A stretch of DNA of 64,000 bases from Paraspadella gotoi (Eukaryota; Animalia; Chaetognatha): NCBI GenBank assembly GCA_051294375.1, contig CM119270.1, forward strand, positions 6,098,027 to 6,162,026, in the 5' to 3' direction. The translations under genes and the position numbers were made by a program. The notes below the pieces were generated by a model that was not told where the DNA came from, did not search any database, and was given only the letters and a program-made list of their open reading frames with translations. Below, piece by piece: positions 57,439 through 64,000 of the stretch. How positions within the stretch are numbered: the first letter of the stretch is position 1; every line of letters begins with the position of its first letter.

Positions 57439-57870
57439 GAGAACGACAAACGGAACACACACATATCACCAATGAAACTGTGCTATGAGAAACTGAAGTC
57501 GGACAACATCTGCCTTAGCACATTCTTTGGATTTGACTGTCATTGCGAGTCTTGAAGTTTTTGTTTGTTTTTTCATCCAAATATTACTTGTTGATTGAAT
57601 GATTCAATTTCTATTCTTAAACTGGTTTCATAATCACGTTCATAACGTTTTTAACAGTCTGTAGCTCTTAAATCTTTTTAGTAATTTTTGATTAATTATT
57701 TCTTTTTTTTAGTATCACGTACTAACAATTTGAAAGTCTGTACATAGTTCTTAAAATTTTGGATTTTCACGTTTAAAAATTAATTTTTACCATAACTTAG
57801 TTTCGTAAACGAAAAGACCTCATGGGCCACAGAAAATTGCGCCCCGGTTTAGTTCTATTTCATATTATAT

Positions 57871-57938
<68 letters not shown>

Positions 57939-58930
57939 CTCTCCTCTCTGTCTCCTCTGTCTCTCTCTCTCTCTCTGTCTGTCTCTCCTCTCAACTTTTT
58001 CTCTCAAAACTCGGGACAAACAAAACTGAAAGCCTTTTGTTTGCGATAGACTATTTCGCTCGTTTCAATCTTTGATATGATAATCGCCAGCGTCTTACCG
58101 CTTCTTTCTTTCTTTCTTCTTTTCTCTTTCTTTTTCTTTTCTTCTTTCTTCTTCATTTCTCCCTTTTTTTCTTTTTTCTTTCTCTTTCTTGTATTCACTG
58201 ATTCTTGATGGAAAGCTTAAGTTCCTTTTTCGTTATTCTTTGAAGTATTCTTTGTTGTGATAATCACGGAATGAACATTTTCAGCCTCGCCCTATTTTTG
58301 CAGAGGTGTTTAAATTCTTTACGTTTTCTCTCTCCACTTCTGAGTTAGGACAAATTACATTCATTATTTCTTTTTTCTGTTATATTTGTTTGAATGCTTT
58401 TCTTTACGTTGCGGTTTGCATTATTTAGAAATCAAAATTTCCATTTATAGTTCAGCAACGGACAAAAAAAAAAGAATGGCAAAAAAAACTTTGCCGTTTT
58501 CAACTAAAAATAAACTTTTCATTTTGCCTATATTTAAGTTTATATTGAGTACCTTTTTCGAGAAATTGATATCCTTTTTAATGACTAACTTAAAAAAATA
58601 GTTCTTTTTATTTTATTAACGATTCTGTCTTTATTCGTCTTATATGTACAACTATAAGATGTATTCATTCCGCTATTCCTCCTTCTCCTTATTCTGAAAT
58701 TATTCAAGAAATCCTTCATAAGTATTTTCCCAATTATTATCATTCAGTCATTGAATTTAATCATTCTTGATTTTAGGATTGAATATTGACTGATGATATT
58801 TAATTGATTGATTTACCATGGGTGTTTTTATTTTATTTATTATTTATTATTTATTTATTTATTTTATAATTAATTAATAATAATTAATTAAATTATTAAT
58901 TAATTAATTAATAATTATATTTTTTTTATT

Positions 58931-59008
<78 letters not shown>

Positions 59009-59169
59009 GATACGATCGATACTAACCGAGCATTGGAACGAACTTTGGCGGAATCCTTGAAGGCCCCATTGACTCAGATTCTCCGGCGCCTTCAACGTCG
59101 GTAGGAGATGCCATCGGTGCGGGTAGTACTGAGCGAAGAGGCTCGTACTCCCGTGCCAGACCGTTCCAT
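56366..59169 (-). CDS. RTP-like 3CxxC zinc-finger protein, copy 1 (three coding exons; small frameshifts, probably errors)
   Basis: Exons 59169-59027, 57064-56895, 56523-56366. Consensus of both copies: FAQYYPHRWHLLPT...WRTFKDSAKVRFQCS/SCGHGWTSMKGRVTFWY...FKLYGQQCKRC...AMWYPEEVVK/VVGNVYNRIGQVYYG...HNKDLCQACKDGEC. This has three CxxC pairs plus the H...CxAC motif of zf-3CxxC. Confidence 0.88.
57090..57265. repeat. ~25-33-bp minisatellite (AAGGTCAATTAATCGGGATGAAA core) in the RTP-like intron; mirrored at about 62465-62640
   Basis: About five to six degenerate tandem units. Confidence 0.8.
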
Positions 59170-59821
59170 GCTGGGATGGGAAGCGAGGGGGGACGGGGGG
59201 AAAGGGAAGGAAAATTGAGAGGGGGGAAAGGGGATAAAAGGGAGTAGTTAAGGGAAAGAAAGAAAAAGGAGTTTCATTGTTGTAAGTGAAACAAAATGAA
59301 ACAATTTCGAAAACTTTTTTCTTTTTCTTAATTTGCTAATTCAATCGAGAATTCCGGGAAATGGACCGCATAAAAACTTTTTTTTAAATGTGAGATTAAC
59401 TGAAAAAAAAAAATGTTTAAAATACATAATACGGACTAAAATTTCGGAACTCTGAAGGCGAACCAGACGACTTTTTGGTATCTGGATTCGAATTCCGAAA
59501 CTAAAGTGTTTTCTTTTATTTTTTTTCTAATTTTTTTTTTTCGTTGTCTTTTATCTTTCACCGTCGATTCGGTTGAAATCGGACAGTTAATCTCATGTTT
59601 TCAAACTATATATATATATAAAGTCGTTATAACTACGATCCGCCGCTACGTTGCATTCAATTCGCATCTCTTTATTTTTTATTCCAATGAAGAAAAGCGT
59701 AACTTAACCAAACCTCACAACTTTAATAGAATTAGGGCAACTGGGAAAAAATTTTGAATGGGATCGACTTTGAATAATAACTAATTAAATCTTTTTTGGA
59801 AGGCTTAAAACGTTTTCATGG

Positions 59822-59908
<87 letters not shown>

Positions 59909-60530
59909 NNNNNNNNNNNNNNNNNNNNNNNNNCCCATTCAAAATTTTTTCCCAGTTGCCCTAAATTCATATTAAAGTTGTGAGGTTTGGTAAGTTACGC
60001 TTTTCTTCATTGGAATAAAAAATAAAGAGATGCGAATTGAATGCAACGTAGCGGCGATCGTAGTTATAACGACTTTATATATATATATAGTTTGAAACAC
60101 ATGAGATTAACTGGTCCGATTTCAACCGAATCGACGGTGAAAGATAAAAAGACAACGAAAAAAAAAAAATTAGAATAAAAAATAAAAGAAAAACACTTTA
60201 GTTCGGAATTCGAAATCCAGATACAAAAAAAGTCGTCGGGTTCGCCTTCAGAGTTCCGGAAAATTTTAGTCCGTAATTAATTATTTAAACATTTTTTTTT
60301 CAGTTAATCTTACATTTAAAAAAAAGTTTATACGGCCATTTCCCGGAATTCTCGATTGAATTAGCAAATTAAGAAAAAAGAAAAAAAAGTTTTCGAAATT
60401 GTTTCATTTTGTTTCACTTACAACAATGAAACTCCTTTTCTTTCTTTCCCCTTAACTACTCCCATTTTATCCCCTCTCAATTTTCCTTCCTCCTTCTCCC
60501 CCCCGTCCACCCTCGCTTTCCCCATCCCGC

Positions 60531-60687
60531 ATGGAACGGTCTGCACGGGAGAACGAGGCTTTCGCTCAGTCTACCCGCACCGATGGCATCTCCTACCGAC
60601 GTTGAAGGCGCCGGAGAATCTGAGTCAATGGAGGACCTTCAAGGATTCCGCCAAAGTTCGATTCCAATGCTCGGTTAGTATCGATCG

Positions 60688-60761
<74 letters not shown>

Positions 60762-60826
60762 TAATAAAAAAAAATAAATTAATTAATTAATTAATTAATT
60801 AATTAATTAGTTAATTAATTAATTAA

Positions 60827-60870
<44 letters not shown>

Positions 60871-61780
60871 AAACAACCCATGGATAAATCAATCAATTAA
60901 ATATCAATCAGTCAATATTCAATCCATAAAATACAAGAATGATTAAATTCATGACTGAATGATAATAATTGGGAAAATACTTATGAAGGATTTCTTGAAT
61001 AATTTCAGAATAAGGAGAAGGAGGAATAAGCGGAATGAATACATCTTATAGTTGTACATATAAAGACGAATAAAGACAGAATCGTTAATAAAAATAAAAA
61101 GAACTATTTTTTTTAAGTTAGTCATTTAAAAAGGATATCAAATTTCTCGAAAAAGGTACTCAATATAAACTTAAATATAGGCAAAATGAAAAGTTTATTT
61201 TTAGTTGAAAAACGGCAAAGTTTTTTTTTTGCCATTCTTTTCTTTTTTGTCGTTGCTGAACTAAAATGGAAATTTTGAATTTCTAATAATGCAAACCGCA
61301 ACGTAAAGAAAGCATTCAAACAAATATAAACAGAAAAAAAGAAATAATGAATGTAATTTGTCCTACTCAGAAAGTGAGAGAGAAAACGTAAAGATTTAAA
61401 CACCTCTGCAAAAATAGGGCGAGGCTGAAAATGTTCATTCCGTGATTATCACAACAAAGAATCACTTCAAAGAAATAACGAAAAAAGGAACTTAAGCTTT
61501 CCATCAAAGAATCAGTGAATACAAGAAAGAGAAAGAAAAAAAGAAAAAAGGGAGAAATGAAGAAAGAAAGAAAGAAAAGAAAGAAAGAAAGAAAGAAAAG
61601 AAAGAAAGAAAGAAAGAAAGACGGTAAGACGCTGGCGATTATCATATCAAAGATTGAAACGAGCGAAAATACGTCTATCGCAAACAAAAGGCTTTCAGTT
61701 TTGTTTGTCCCAGATTTTGAGAGAAAAAGTTTGAGAGGAGAGACAGACAGAGAGAGAGAGAGAGACAGAAGGAGACAGAG

Positions 61781-61867
<87 letters not shown>

Positions 61868-62293
61868 TATGAAATAGACTAAACCGGGGCGCAATTTTCT
61901 GTGGCCCATGAGGTCATTTCGTTTACGAAAACTAAGTTAATGGTAAAAATTAATTTTTTAAACGTGAAAATCCATATTAAGACTATGTACAGACTTTCAA
62001 ATTGTTAGTACGTGATACTAAAAAAAAGAAAATAATTAATCAAAAATTACTAAAAAGATTTAAAGAGCTACAGACTGTTAAAAACGTTATGACGTGATTA
62101 TGAAACCAGTTTAAGAATAGAAATTGAATCAATTCAATCAACAAGTAATATTGGATGAAAAAAACAAACAAAAACTTCAAGACTCGCAATGACAGTCAAA
62201 TCCAAAGAATGTGCTAAGGCAGATGTTGTCCGACTTCAGTTTCTCATAGCACAGTTTCATTGGTGATATGTGTGTGTTCCGTTTGTCGTTCTC

Positions 62294-62337
<44 letters not shown>

Positions 62338-62955
62338 GGAAATTCCAAGTAATCTTCTACCAATTCAAATCGATTCAGATGTTGCTGTTGTCTTTGCGAC
62401 TGTTGTTGTTATTATTTTTATGGATCATGATAAAGCTCATGCCATCAAGACGGCTGATTGATCTTAATTGACCATTTCATCCCGATTGATTGGCCTTGAT
62501 TTTCTTTTTCATCGCGATTGATTGGCCCTGATTGTCTTTTTCATCCCGATTAATTGACTTTGATTGACCTTTTCATCCCGATTAATTGACCTTGATTGAC
62601 CTTTTCATCCCGATTAATTGACCTTGATTAACTTGACCATTTTCAACACCCGATTACCTCGTCCAGTCCTGCGGCCACGGTTGGACTTCCATGAAGGGTC
62701 GGGTCACCTTCTGGTATTGTCTCGACGTCGCCTCCTACGAAGGCTGCAGTCAATTCAAACTCTACGGGCAGCAATGCAAACGATGCGCCAACGGGACCTT
62801 CGAGCCGGCCATGTGGTATCCCGAGGAGGTCGTCAAGGTGAGGTCGATTGACTGGTTGATTCATCCATGGGGGCAGGTGAGGATTTGATTGATTGGTTGA
62901 TTGGTCTTGCTGGGGTTTTTGCACTTTGGCCGATTGTTTAAAAAGCCAGAATTGG

Positions 62956-63051
<96 letters not shown>

Positions 63052-63372
63052 TAATCTCTTGGCTTTCTTTCTCCTTTCTTCTTTCGACCCTTTCCTCTAC
63101 CTTCTCCAATTTTTCCAACTTCCCTCACATCTTCTTCCTTTTTATTTCCCTTTCATATCATCCCCTTAACCCTCGCCCCTCAATCCACATCCCCCCATTT
63201 TTTTTCGAACCAGGTTGTGGGCAACGTGTACAACCGCATCGGGCAAGTCTATTACGGTTTCTGGCAGCCGCCAATGAGGATCGACCGTCGACAGGGCAAG
63301 CCGGGCACCCAGCACAACAAGGATTTGTGTCAGGCCTGCAAGGACGGGGAGTGCACAGAGTTCCAGCTCTGA
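60531..63372 (+). CDS. RTP-like 3CxxC zinc-finger protein, copy 2 (inverted duplicate; mostly different frameshifts)
   Basis: Exons 60531-60673, 62667-62837, 63214-63372; same protein as copy 1. Confidence 0.8.
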
Positions 63373-64000
63373 ATCCGCGACGAGACGGATCAGTCAAGCG
63401 GGACCGGCGCGAGCATGAGAGATAAAAATGCTGTAGGGGTTTAAGTGAATAAATTTTTTTAATATTAAACTGATAATTATTTTTACAATGAAAGATTATA
63501 TTTAGGTATTTACTGATTAACTGGCTTTTCCACTGGTTTTTGCGATTCAGAAATCATACAGTTTCGTTGTAAATGAGCTTTGCTGTAGCTTTCCAACAAC
63601 GCTTTTGTTGTACATACAATCTTAACCTTAGTGTCTTTTTTTACAGAATTTTAATTTTATGATATCTTTAACTTTTTGCAAGCTTTTATAAAACTATTTA
63701 TAGTTTGACACAAAATCTTAGAGAAGATGTGTGGTCAATGTTGTTCAATTTTATCGTAGATGAAACAAACAATTGTAATAAACAGTAATCAGCCATGGCA
63801 TACTGATCGTGGCATATATTTGACGTTATTTATAAAAAAATAGAAGGACATTAATTTAATTGTATTTTATTTTACTTTGCTACAATTACGGTGAAAGCAT
63901 ATTCAAACACAGTGGTTAAAATTATTTTTAAATCTTAAATTAATGTCCTGTTTGTTTGTTTGTTTTTGTTTATAACTTATAGTTTTAACTGGTTACTTGT

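Larger units (their letters stand above)
55739..64000. repeat. Large inverted duplication (arms 55739-59762 and 59934-64000, running to the window end) around a 25-N gap
   Basis: The arms are reverse complements that differ mainly by small indels and microsatellite length. Confidence 0.92.

Overview
This is AT-rich, microsatellite-dense genomic DNA from an invertebrate animal (spliceosomal introns, opisthokont-type EF-1alpha, TTAGGG-like repeats). It comes from a draft assembly with seven 25-N gaps and one 10-N gap. Bases 1-21165 are clean. They hold two divergent tandem paralogs on the minus strand that the ORF track misses because the exons are short; each encodes a putative secreted protein of about 447 aa (signal peptide, degenerate PAN/apple-like module, two CBM-like repeats). 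They also hold an intact 11-exon eEF1A gene (462 aa) with candidate intronic snoRNAs, several MITEs and Helentron-like repeats, and a pair of ~230-bp elements with covarying terminal hairpins. Bases 21191-46219 are mostly indel-riddled forward and reverse copies of the eEF1A 3' half and its downstream flank, most likely raw long-read gap fill rather than real pseudogenes. Bases 46245-53666 hold exons of one or two low-complexity (S/T/Q/P-rich) genes mixed with noisy copies. Bases 55739-64000 are an inverted duplication carrying an RTP-like 3CxxC zinc-finger gene in each arm. All exon structures were read by hand; no database searches were run.
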